From Eledone cirrhosa (taxonomy: Eukaryota): a DNA stretch of 64,000 nt. The notes beneath the pieces are model-generated. The model saw only the letters and a program-made list of their open reading frames with translations. It did no database searches and was not told the DNA's origin. Both the position numbers and the translations under genes were made by a program. Each line of letters begins with the position of its first letter. The first letter of the stretch is position 1. The stretch spans positions 27,404,001-27,468,000 of the forward strand of contig OZ024749.1 in the NCBI GenBank assembly GCA_964016885.1, written 5' to 3'. Shown one piece after another: positions 26,997-64,000 of this stretch.

Positions 26997-29548
26997 GGAT
27001 GTGTGAAGTACTCGCAAATATTTACACTAGCTCTCTGGTCAGGAATTTGATCTCAGAAATAAAGTAAAATATTCTGTAAAGCATTCTGATGATTTTTTGA
27101 CCCAGGTATAGGGTCAATTATTTAACCCTTTAACATTTAAACTGGCTATATTCTGCCAGAATTCTCTGAACTTTCTGTTTAAACTGGCCGCTCATACTTA
27201 TGTTAAGGTATTGTTCACAAAATAAATAATATCAAAATCTCATAGATTCGATATTATGTGAAATATTATGTGAGATAAAGCCTTTACTGTGAAAATACAA
27301 TAGTATATATAGAATAATGTAAATGTTAAAGGGTTGAGGGATGAATTCATCTCAGTAATAATATACAAATAATATACAAATGTCAGGGAAGTGAATTATA
27401 TGGTCTCTGGTCTGTTGGATTTATTGCACTCCTTTCGCCGGGCTCTCCTGCAGTCATCAAACTCTCCTCCCCTGATTTGAGGTGTTGATTCAGGGTGTTT
27501 CTCCATCTTGGCCAGTCAGCTGCGAGGCCCTCCCAGGACTCTGTGTTGATGATCTCAATGGTCTTTTTATATTAAAAATAGCTAAATCTCTCCAAATTCC
27601 TGATTATTTTCAAAATTATTTTAAATTTATAGGCAGTGTCTTTTATTAGAAATATGGTAACAACAAGGTTAAAGTGTTAATATTTATCTAAAAACCCTCC
27701 ATCCTTATTTTATGCAAGATATATCGTTAAGTTATGCTCCAAACACCAGTTTAATATTGAGAAAATTATATTACTAAATCACTCTAAATTCTTTATTATT
27801 TTGAAAACCAATTTTTAAAATAACCTGTTTTTCCATTAGAAATATAATAAAGAAAGATTTCAACACAGTAGAAACTTTGGTTGGGAGGACTACAAGACAA
27901 ACATAGTCTTTTTAAAGAATTTACAGATTTCTTATTTCGTCTCCATTACAAGAACAACGTGGGGTGTAGTTGGTATTTTACACCAAACAGATATACTTGT
28001 TATATATACATACGCACATATACAATACAATTAAATACTTGTTTTATGGTTTTGCACCGAATTAAAGACTTATGCACTGTATATAAAATTAATATAATGA
28101 TTTCTAATTTCGGCACAAGACCAGTAATTTATGGAGAGAGGGGAAACTCAATTAAATCGTCCTCAATATTCGACTGATATTTTTAAAATCTAATAATTGT
28201 TAATGGTGGTTGTTTACCTCGAAGTTCCGCCGAAGCTGGTGGTTTAACAAAACAGTTTTGATAAGCCACTTAATAATTATTATACTATTATATAGTTTAT
28301 ACTTTAAAAAAAAAAAAAAAGCCTCATTAAATATATATTATGCAGGGCTATTTCGCTTTAGGTATATAAAATGGTAGACAACAGAACGAAAGTGCATGAA
28401 ATTGAAAGGAAATGAAAGCGGTTTTCTGTTGTTGTGAATCTTCGGCTTTTGAATTTCTTTTAATCGATAAACTATAAAATTTATTTATAAAAAAAAAAAA
28501 AAAGCACATTTCCGATTTCTTATTTTATTTTACATTATCGATCTGCTTCATCTCAACAGACTGTTGACAGTCATTTGCCGCCCACCAATATATTAGCTCA
28601 ACAAGTCAAGGCTGTCAAATTTGAGACCCAGCATAGAAACAATCTTGTCTATCTCTCCGATATAAGACTTTGAAGGGCTTTCCCTTCACTTTTAATATTA
28701 TTTATTATTATTCTATATAACCTAAAGCGAAGTATCCCCTTTTGAAGCTTTTTTGAGAGAGAGGGAGAGAGAAGAAAGAGAGAATTTAATGACGTTCGTT
28801 TTTGTGTTTCAGTCTGTTTATATTTTGAGTTTACGGCCATAATTGGGTGGATCACTCTTATTATATGAACCCTACCCCGGGAAGGACGAGAGGTAAAAGT
28901 CAACACCAGCAAGATTTAGACTCAGAACGTAAAAATATGCAACTAAATACGGCGAAACATTTTGTCCAATGTACGATGCTTAAAATTACTAACTGGAAGA
29001 ACATACAAAAACAAGACCAACAATTTATGGAAGTAGGATTAGTCGATTATATCGAACCCCAGTATTTGACTGAGACTTTATTTTATCGACCTCGGAAGGA
29101 CGAAGGGCAAAGTTGACCTCGGCAGGATTTGAACTCAGAACTTAATTCGGCGAGTCATTTTGTCCATTGCTCTATCAATGTTTAAAATTAATAGAGTATT
29201 GTATAAAAAAACAAAAAAAAACAAAACAACAACAATAATAATAATTTCTTACATGGTTATGAAACCTCATAGTTTTAATAAAAATAAGATTAGCTTCTTG
29301 ATGTGGTTTAGTCCCAGATCAACCCCGATCGAGTAGACCTAAGATCAACGGCATTCCAGCCGTGTCTATTCCGTCTTTTGAGAGGGTGTATACCGGATGA
29401 CAGCATCCAATGTGTCTTTTCTTTATTTTAAGACGGTAGGGCGTAATTTGAGGAGATTTCTGGTTGCTATTTCTAGCAACCATGTAGAAACTTCCACTGC
29501 TGTTGAATGAGGAAAGGGTGTTCATTTTTCTTTTTGTGTGTGAGTGTG

Positions 29549-29585
<37 letters not shown>

Positions 29586-30001
29586 CATTCTATATATTTT
29601 CTTCTCAGATGAAGAAAAGAAATAAAAAAAATAACAAAACGGGGTGGATGAATTGAATGAAAGATGTTAGTCAGTCTATAATTATTCCAATCACATATAA
29701 GATGCTTTAAGAAGGGGAAAAAAAAAGGAACATCAAATCGACCCCAGTATTTAGCTGGTACTTTATTTTATCGAACCCGGAAGGACGAAGGGCAAAGTAG
29801 ACCCGTGCGGGATTTGAACTCAGTAAATAAAGAGCCGTAATTAAATGTCGCAAGGCATTTTCTCCGACGCTCTACCAATTCAGTTGTTAATCCATAAGTC
29901 TTGTTTGTAAATATATATATTTTTTTCTTTTCTATTTTTTTTTTTTTTTACAATTGGTTTCAAATATTTTCTTTATATAATATATATATATATAAATTAT
30001 T

Positions 30002-30039
<38 letters not shown>

Positions 30040-30149
30040 GATAAATTATATACTTTAAATATATATGATATATTATATATATATATATATATATTAAATA
30101 TATATATATTATATATTCTTTGAGGTGTAAAAGGTGTTGTTTTGTAGTG

Positions 30150-30401
30150 TCAACGTTCGGTACATCCCACCCCTTGGCAATCATCTGTAGGGCAATGCCA
30201 GAACATACAGTTACCTACACAACTGTAACATATAAGAAAGACTGCAGCTAAGAAGACCACACTACATATCGTACAGGGTTTCCTTTCTAGGAAGAAACTG
30301 GTGAGATAGAGTACCATGAACATGGCATGGTTATAGATGAAAGCTGGGTTCAGCGGTTTGGGTATCAGCAAAACTGGTATAAGCCACTGTAAGCAATACA
30401 T
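30150..30401 (-). CDS. BLCAP: bladder cancer-associated protein (BC10), 83 aa, single coding exon
   Basis: [20 protein letters not shown]...[30 protein letters not shown] closely matches the BLCAP family signature ([19 protein letters not shown]...ERKPCTIC...LICYSC-GNC). Confidence 0.96.
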   Translation of the reverse strand: MYCLQWLIPVLLIPKPLNPAFIYNHAMFMVLYLTSFFLERKPCTICSVVFLAAVFLICYSCVGNCMFWHCPTDDCQGVGCTER

Positions 30402-31842
30402 TGTCGTTGTTGTTGTTGTTGTTATTCTTCTTAAAATTCCATTCGCATTTAAGGATGCCTCTGTTCTCTACACGGGTTTTTGTGTGGTTATGCTTTAGGT
30501 CTTTTAGTTTTTTTAAACCGCTTCAGTTCAGACACACACCAGAGCAGAAAAATACAGAGAACATACACACATGTAATTAAAGTATATATAAAGGGTCATG
30601 CATATATATATAAATATATATAAACACCACACTAGTCAGTAGTGGTGTGGTGGCTGACAAGTACTTGCTGAGTTTTTCCTGAATAACTTCAACGTTCTCT
30701 TTAGATTTCGTTGTGGGTTTCTGATTTTTAAAATCCGAATTTGTTTTCTTCTTTTCTGCCGCTCAGCAACTCAGTTGTCCTTTTCGATCAATGAATCAAT
30801 ATAGGAGGTTTTCAATGGTTAAGCCAGATCTATCGATCTCAGATTTCCGAGCTTCCAACAAATCTGTTACGCAGTTCCACAGCGAGAACCATGGTTTGCC
30901 TCTCACAGGTAGCTTTATGGCCGCTGTTTCGTATAAAATTGTAGCACTTTGGTATTTACGAAGTGGTAGGTTTATACAGGTATGGAACACCTGAATTGAT
31001 GTCAGCAGCATTTTCGCAAGTCAAACAGCAAAATAGAAAGAATACGAATTATAATTTGAAAATATAGTCGCCACAACGCAGATAACTATAACAATAATTG
31101 AATAAATCGTCTAAAGTATAATGGAGTCGAGAGATACGAGGTTCGATTCCTCGCAGACGCCTCTGTCTACTTTCTCCTCCGTCTCCACGTGTATTTTACC
31201 CGATTTATTCAACTATTATTATAATTATCCGCATTGTGGCTACTATATTTTCAATTTTGAAATGTCCAAACTCTTTGTAAGTTAAAAACATTAAAAGAAA
31301 TTACGTTTTTCTATTCCTTCTTTATTGGTTTAGTCGAGATTTTGTTTTAGTTATTTTAGTGTCATAAGTGCGGTGGATTAACAGAATCGCTAAAGCGCCG
31401 GACAACATTATTTGCGGTATTTGCGTACGGTCCTATACGCTTGGGGTTCCAATTCTGCTGAGGTCAACTTTGCCTTTCATCCTTCTGCGGTTGATAAAGT
31501 TAAGTACCAATGATGCTCGGAACATTGGAGAGAATTATATTAACCAATGGCTAATATTTTTTTCTTTGCCCTATAACCTTGGACTTGTAAAACTGTTTTG
31601 TTTTTGTTTTTTGTTGACTAATACAACTTTTATTCATATAAACTGTACAATATGAATGGGAACAAGAGAACAAAAATGAAAGAGACGAAAACGAAAAAAA
31701 GAAGTTAAGCGACGAGAATGTATTGCTGAAGAGAATGACCAGCGACACCCGAGGTCTTGATGGTGACCAGTGCAAAAAGGAAGCGAGCCGCCGTCAAATC
31801 CCGATATTTGGTTATCTTCCTCTCCTCCAAATGACACTTTGA

Positions 31843-31936
<94 letters not shown>

Positions 31937-31941
<5 letters not shown>

Positions 31942-32250
31942 GGAGGTGAGTTTTATTGTAGTACAATAAAGCAATGCAAATATCGGATAAGTAGCACTCT
32001 ACAATTTGTAGGACTGGAGTATAAATAATATAAGATCAAAAGATGGTTAAAAGAGTTCCAAGTATTTTATTATGCGCATTTCAACATATGTTGATTTAAA
32101 ACTTCACTATTCACAAGTGGTTTTTAACCTTCATATCATGTATTCCTATTTTATCTGACGAAAACGCAAATGTCATCTCATGATGATATTTGTTTTTGAA
32201 ATGCGCATAATAAAATACTTGGAACTCTTTTAACCATCTTTTGATCTTAT
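31937..32250. mobile_element. inverted-duplicated PLE-type end (family X)
   Basis: reverse-oriented tail 31937-32083 followed by a forward hammerhead-bearing segment; flanked by TA runs. Confidence 0.72.
32147..32217 (+). ncRNA. minimal type I hammerhead ribozyme (family X)
   Basis: tattttat CTGACGA aaacgcaaatgtcatc-tcat-gatgatatttgttttt GAAA tgcgca TA ataaaata; stem II changes are compensatory relative to the 14347 copy. Confidence 0.85.
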
Positions 32251-32428
32251 ATATATATATATATATAAGTAGAAGGGGTATTTAATTTGTTGGAAGTCCG
32301 ACAAATATAAATGTTTATAACTGATTTAGAGCACTCAACACGTTACTGGAGTAAATATCTATCCAGTGAATTTCCAACCGATAAGGTATGTTTTTATGGG
32401 TATGTCTCTATTTATAAAACAAACTTTG

Positions 32429-32492
32429 TATTTTATCTGATGAAAGCGTACCAATGTTGTCTTGGTACCCTTGAAATATATATAATAAAATA
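32429..32492 (+). ncRNA. minimal type I hammerhead ribozyme (family Y)
   Basis: tattttat CTGATGA aag-c-gtaccaa-tgttgtc-ttggtac-c-ctt GAAA tatata TA ataaaata. Confidence 0.85.
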
Positions 32493-32710
32493 AATATGGT
32501 TTTATAAATATAGTTTCCATTTATTTAATATCATTGTATATATATATATATATATAAAGTAAAAAAAAAAATAATAACAAAGAGTGCAGTACAAACAGTG
32601 TTGGTATTAGGTTCACGCTTGAGAGTGGGGGGGGGGGGCGTTTCAGGCATAAGCCCTTCATCTGGAGAAAGGTGGAAAGGAAAAGAGTTCGGGGGTGGGG
32701 GGGGGGGGGG

Positions 32711-32745
<35 letters not shown>

Positions 32746-33663
32746 CTAGACTTCACTATATTAAATAATATCAAAACATGCTCGGAGTTGTTTCCCAGCC
32801 TATAAATAATAACATTGTGAACCAGAAATTACTTTTAATAAATTAAAATTATAACCGCAAACTATATATAAATTTGAGCGACTTCCGTCCGTCACACAAT
32901 GTGTGTCTGTGTTTGTCCTTGTAAAATGAAGGCAGGGGATGGTGTAAAAACTATAGCAAAACAGCGTCTGACGTTCCATTTGCTATGCTGTGTGAGTGTA
33001 TATGTGTGTTTGTGTGAATGTATGTCTGTGAGTGTATTTTTGTAAGTGTGTCTGTGCTTGCGCGTTTATATTTCTATAGTCATACATATAAATGTGCACA
33101 TATACACAAGCACACATATACACATACGCGTCAGCGTGTTGAAAAAAATTCTTGTGAAAAGAAGTCAGCGTTAATGTAAATTACTCTCAGATGAGACAAG
33201 GGAAAGAACTCCCGAAAATTTTAATGACTGAAAATTAAATAGAGACATGTGAAGGGAATGAGTCTAGTCTTTGGCTGCTACTGTGACAAACTGAACATGT
33301 TTTGGCCGTATTAAACTTCTTTAGTGATGTATAGTTCGCTTACAGCTGTCAAGTATGAAAATAATACCTGTATTTGATTTAAGTTTCAGTTGGGCATCCA
33401 TACTTTTAAGAAATCGGGTAAACGTAGAGATAAAAATAAAAAGTGTTTTATTTCAGAATAAATTAACTGTTTTACTTTCTGACAATAATTTTTTTGTTTT
33501 ATTTTAATTAACTTTGATTTGATTGTTTTTTATTTTTTTATTTATCTCTCTTTTTCATTCGAGTTTCTACGTTCGAAACTAAAGCTAGCTTGGTTTATAG
33601 TTCAACGAAGGCGAATGCTTGCTGTTCCATTTCAACGTGACTTTTTAGACTCTCACAAGTAAC

Positions 33664-54708
<21,045 letters not shown>

Positions 54709-54913
54709 AATAGTGAAAGGGGATGGAAGAGACAGACGTCCTAGCCTTAATTATTGCGAGCTCCATCCCTATATTCATCTGAAAGAATATTGAAGGAGCA
54801 ATAACATGTAAAATGTTGAATGGCTTCTGGAAAACTTTGCAACATGGAAAATGAGAAAAGAATAATTTGCTTGTCTGCCTGTTCAATATTTGTAAATAAT
54901 ATTTTAACTATTT

Positions 54914-54919
54914 AATAAA
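54914..54919 (+). terminator. candidate ELP3 polyadenylation signal AATAAA
   Basis: AATAAA about 205 nt after the stop, followed by a T/GT-rich tract (tttcttgttcttt). Confidence 0.5.
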
Positions 54920-55007
54920 ATAATTATAAAATAATTTCTTGTTCTTTGAGAACTGGGCTCTTATGTTTCAGGCAAAGCTTTTCCTTTAAAATTACAGAAC
55001 ATTCTAT

Positions 55008-55400
55008 ATTGTGGTAGTGCTGATGCCATGATATAATGCACTCAGCACACTCTGTAAAGTAGTAGTGCTGAAGCCATGATATAATGCACTCAGCACACTC
55101 TGTAAAGTAGTAGTGCTGAAGCCATGATATAATGCACTCAGCACACTCTGTAAAGTAGTAGTGCTGAAGCCATGATATAATGCACTCAGCACACTCTGTA
55201 AAGTAGTAGTGCTGGTGCCATGATATAATGCACTCAGCACACTCTGTAAAGTAGTAGTGCTGGTGCCATGATATAATGCACTCAGCACACTCTGTAAAGT
55301 AGTAGTGCTGGTGCCATGATAAAATACACCTTTTACACTCAGTAAAGTGGTAGTGGTTGTGCCATGGTAAAATACACCTAATACACTCTGTAAAGTAGTT
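55008..55400. repeat. 48-bp minisatellite, related to 42800-44590 in opposite orientation
   Basis: unit cactctgtaaagtagtagtgctggtgccatgatataatgcactcagca, running into a SINE A-like tail. Confidence 0.92.
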
Positions 55401-57422
55401 GGTATTAGGGAAGCTGAACTGAAAAACACCTGTCCAACCTCTGCAAGCACAGAAAAGCTGATGTAAAACGATGATGGTGCCTAGTATGCTTTTGGACTGT
55501 GACAAACTGTCTAACCCATGCAAAGTGATGATGAATGAATGAATACAACAAACATTAATCCTTTAGCATTTACAATTATATTTTTATGGTAAAGGCTTTA
55601 CCTCACATAATGTGAAATCTATGAGATTTTGATATTTATTTTGAGAACAATACCTTAATATTAGTTTGAGCAGAAAGAGGTGAGATATGGCCCGTTTAAA
55701 TGCTAAAGGGTTAAACTAAGAGAGGATTCTGGCTGGATGCGGCTGGTTTAAATGCTAAGAGATAAAAATGAAACAACAATGTGTCAATACAGAAATTTTA
55801 CTTCATCAAAATCATTTTCTTTTTTTACAAACAAACCAAACATTGATTTGTTTGTTATTTCAGAACTGTGGTTCAAATTACAGCTTAGATGTTTCTAGAA
55901 TTTGGGAAAATAAAATAAATAAAAATATTGTTTTCTCCTGGATCTGGATCAAAAGAATCACAAAATGAATAAAGTGAGGAAGAAGAGAAAAGATTCAAAA
56001 AAAGAACTAGAGATACTTTTATGATGCGAATATCACAGGCTCTTATTTGTTATTCAATGGTTTGGGGAGGGGGTGGTTTTTTGTTGAGTGGGGGTGGCCT
56101 TTAGGTTTGTATGTCATTAATATTGTTGTTGTCATTGTCATCACTATTAAATATAATTGAGCTGTAGAAAATACAGAACATGCATAAAGACATATATATA
56201 CATACATTATACAGACATATATACATACACCACACAGACATACATACATTACAAAGATATCTGATGGAGTCATAGGGTTGCTGTTATAACATGAACACTT
56301 AAAGCTGGCAGAGCCCATCTTTCTCTAGTTAAGAACACAGCAGTGGACTAGTATTTTATTTATTGATCTCAGCAGGTTTTGAACTCAGAATGAATACAGT
56401 GCAGTATTCTATCTGATGTTCTAAAGATTCTGCCAATTTGCCAGCCATATGGACACACATACTTACATAAAGAAATAAAAGAAGGATTAATTCATAAAAC
56501 GAAAAGAACACAAAACATATTGTTTTCTGATTTAGGCACAAGGCCAACAATTTTGGGGTAGGGGAAAGTCGATTAAATCGACCCCAGTGCATTACTGTAC
56601 TTTATTTTATCGACCCCCGTAAGGATGAAAGGCAAAGCTAACCTCGACAGGATTTGAACTCAGATTGTAAAGGGGTGTAACAAAACATATTGCTAGCATT
56701 AGTGAAGATGTGATATGCACATGGCAGACATCATTTTCTACTTGAACAGATATGTTTCAGATAAAGCACAAAGAATTTCACATCCTTTTATTCCATATCT
56801 ATGTATGGAATAACAGAATATGGAAGCCTGCCTGTATTCAGTACTCTTTCTCCCACCTCTACATCTAAACATGTGTAGATATACATATATACACACACAG
56901 GTATATATATATGCATACACACACAAGTATATATATATATAAATTAAGAGAGGAGCCTGCTGATCGGCTGTCTTCTGTGGATCACTAAATGTGTTCGAAA
57001 CTTTAGTGATCCAGAGAAAACAGCCAATGAGCAGGAGTTGTGTTTGTGGAAACAGTTTCATCCAGTTTGCTTTCAATTGACCACATTAAAAACTATTTAT
57101 ACCTTACTTCCAGTATTGAGTATTTTTCTTCTCTTCCTTACTGTTCACACACATGTGTGTATCATCATATATATATATATATATACACACACACATGTAT
57201 GTATATATAAATAAATACAATTAGTTTCAGAAGATCCTGTATAGGATGAAAACAGAAATTCTTTGCTTAAACTTTAATCTGTACTAATAATAATATATAA
57301 ATATATATATACAAACATACACACAAACACGTGTTATATATATATATACTCACGCATATATACATAGTAAATGCAATTAACTAGTTTGATGTCAATTAGT
57401 TTTGATAAAAAGCTGGATTGCC

Positions 57423-61885
<4,463 letters not shown>

Positions 61886-62271
61886 GCACACGTGTCTATA
61901 CGTCTGTATGTAAAGGGCGTGACAGAGATAGAGGAAAGATAAGTGTGTGAGAAAGAGACAGAGGAAAGAGAAGTGTGAGAGAGATATGAGATCATATTGC
62001 TGTATTCTCTAAACCAATTCCTTCACACTCAATTATTGTCTGGGTCTGAGAAAGGTTTACCACATCAAACTTGGCCTGGAAAATAAGAAGAAAACAGATT
62101 AGTAAACATTATTTCAATAGTTTTATTTGTTTCAAGAATTTTTTCAACACCCTTATGTGTGTATGAGTATATCATTATAAAAACACAGACACACAAAAAT
62201 TAGTCACTCAAATTTATATATAGATTGTACACACAAGCGTAGTGAATGTTTGACGCTGTTTTCTGTAGTTT

Positions 62272-64000
62272 GACGTCACCCCTTCCTTCCTCAGTCATCT
62301 CTAGTGTGCTATGTCATCACCCCTTCCTTCCTCAGTCATCTCTAGTGTTTCTATGTCATCACCCCTTCCTTCCTCAGTCATCTCTAGTGTGCTATGTCAT
62401 CACCCCTCCCTTCCTCAGTCATCTCTAGTGTGCTGTGTCCTCACTCCTTCCTTCCTCAGTCATCTCTAGTGTGCTGTGCCATCACCCCTTCCTTCCTCAG
62501 TCATCTCTCGTGTGCTATGTCATCACCCCTTCCTTCCTCAGTCATCTCTAGTGTGCTGTGTCATCATTCCTTCCTTCCTCAGTCATCTCTAGTGTGCTGT
62601 GCCATCACCCCTTCCTTCCTCAGTCATCTCTCGTGTGCTATGTCATCACCCCTTCCTTCCTCAGTCATCTCTAGTGTGCTGTGTCATCATTCCTTCCTTC
62701 CTCAGTCATCTCTAGTGTGCTGTGCCATCACCCCTTCCTTCCTCAGTCATCTCTCGTGTGCTATGTCATCACTCCTTCCTTCCTCAGTCATCTCTAGTGT
62801 GCTATGTCATCACCCCTTCCTTCCTCAGTCATCTCTAGTGTGCTGTGTCATCACTCATTCCTTCCTCAGTCATCTCTAGTGTGCTATGTCATCACTCCTT
62901 CCTTCCTCAGTCATCTCTAGTGTGCTATGTCATCACTCCTTCCTTCCTCAGTCATCTCTAGTGTACTATGTCATCATCCTTCCTTCCTCAGTCATCTCTA
63001 GTGTGCTACGTCACCACCCCTTCCTTCCTCAGTCATCTCTAGTGTGCTGTGTCATCACTCCTTCCTTCCTCAGTCATCTCTAGTGTGCTGTGTCATCACC
63101 CCTTCCTTCTTCAGTCATCTCGAGTGTGCTGTCATCACCCCTTCCTTCCTCAGTCATCTCTAGTGTGCTGTGCCATCACTCCTTCCTTCCTCAGTCATCT
63201 CTAGTGTGCTGTGTCATCACCCCTTCCTTCCTCAGTCATATCTAGTGTGCTATGTCATCACACCTTCCTTCCTCAGTCATCTCTAGTGTGCTATGTCATC
63301 ACTCCTTCCTTCCTCAGTCATCTCTAGTGTACTATGTCATCACCCCTTCCTTGCTCAGTGATCTCTAGTGTGCTGTGTCATCACCCCTTCCTTGCTCAGT
63401 CATCTCTAGTGTGCTATGTCATCACTCCTTCCTTCCTCAGTCATCTCTAGTGTCCTATGTCATCACCCCTTGCTTCCTCAGTCATCTCTAGTGTGCTATG
63501 TCATCACTCCTTCCTTCCTCAGTCATCTCTAGTGTGCTATGTCATCACCCCTTGCTTCCTCAGTCATCTCTAGTGTGCTATGTCATCACTCCTTCCTTCC
63601 TCAGTCATCTCTAGTGTGCTGTGCCATCACTCCTTCCTTCCTCAGTCATCTCCAGTGTGCTGTGTCATCACCCCTTCCTTGCTCAGTCATCTCTAGTGTG
63701 CTATGTCATCACTCCTTCCTTCCTCAGTCATCTCTAGTGTGCTATGTCATCACTCCTTCCTTCCTCAGTCATCTCTAGTGTGCTATGTCATCACCCCTTG
63801 CTTCCTCAGTCATCTCTAGTGTGCTCTGTCATCACCCCTTCCTTTCTCAGTCATCTCTAGTGTGCTATGTCATCACCCCTTCCTTCCTCAGTCATCTCTA
63901 GTGTGCTATGTCATCACTCCTTCCTTCCTCAGTCATCTCTAGTGTGCTGTGTCATCACTCCTTCCTTCCGCAGTCATCTCTAGTGTGCTATGTCATCACC
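62272..64000. repeat. 41-bp minisatellite running off the window end
   Basis: unit gtcatcaccccttccttcctcagtcatctctagtgtgctat. Confidence 0.97.

Noticed and set aside
30796-31011. 71-aa minus-strand ORF upstream of BLCAP
   Set aside because: No recognisable homology or clear splice context; it could be a uORF or UTR sequence but is unsupported.
31110-31160. tRNA gene
   Set aside because: Only a T-arm/B-box-like hairpin; no acceptor, D or anticodon stems can be folded.

Overview
Eukaryotic, AT-rich, repeat-dense animal DNA. The SINE repertoire and (TA)n load suggest a coleoid cephalopod such as octopus (inference). Three protein-coding genes are supported: an intronless divergent profilin (6754-7143, -), an intronless BLCAP/BC10 CDS (30150-30401, -), and a complete 17-exon ELP3 (33664-54708, +; 550 or 548 aa depending on which exon 2 acceptor is used) lying head-to-head with BLCAP. 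The rest is mobile DNA and tandem repeats: two tRNA-derived SINE families, RTE LINE fragments, mariner remnants, piggyBac-type MITEs, Penelope-like element (PLE) RT and GIY-YIG fragments, and a non-coding LTR element with a tRNA-Trp primer-binding site. The most notable structure is a set of short inverted-duplicated PLE-type ends sitting in (TA)n tracts. They carry minimal type I hammerhead ribozymes, seven of them with intact cores, and stem II covaries between copies. A 2.6 kb 100-bp satellite appears to be the amplified 3' end of a HERO-like non-LTR retrotransposon. All alignments and folds were done by eye.
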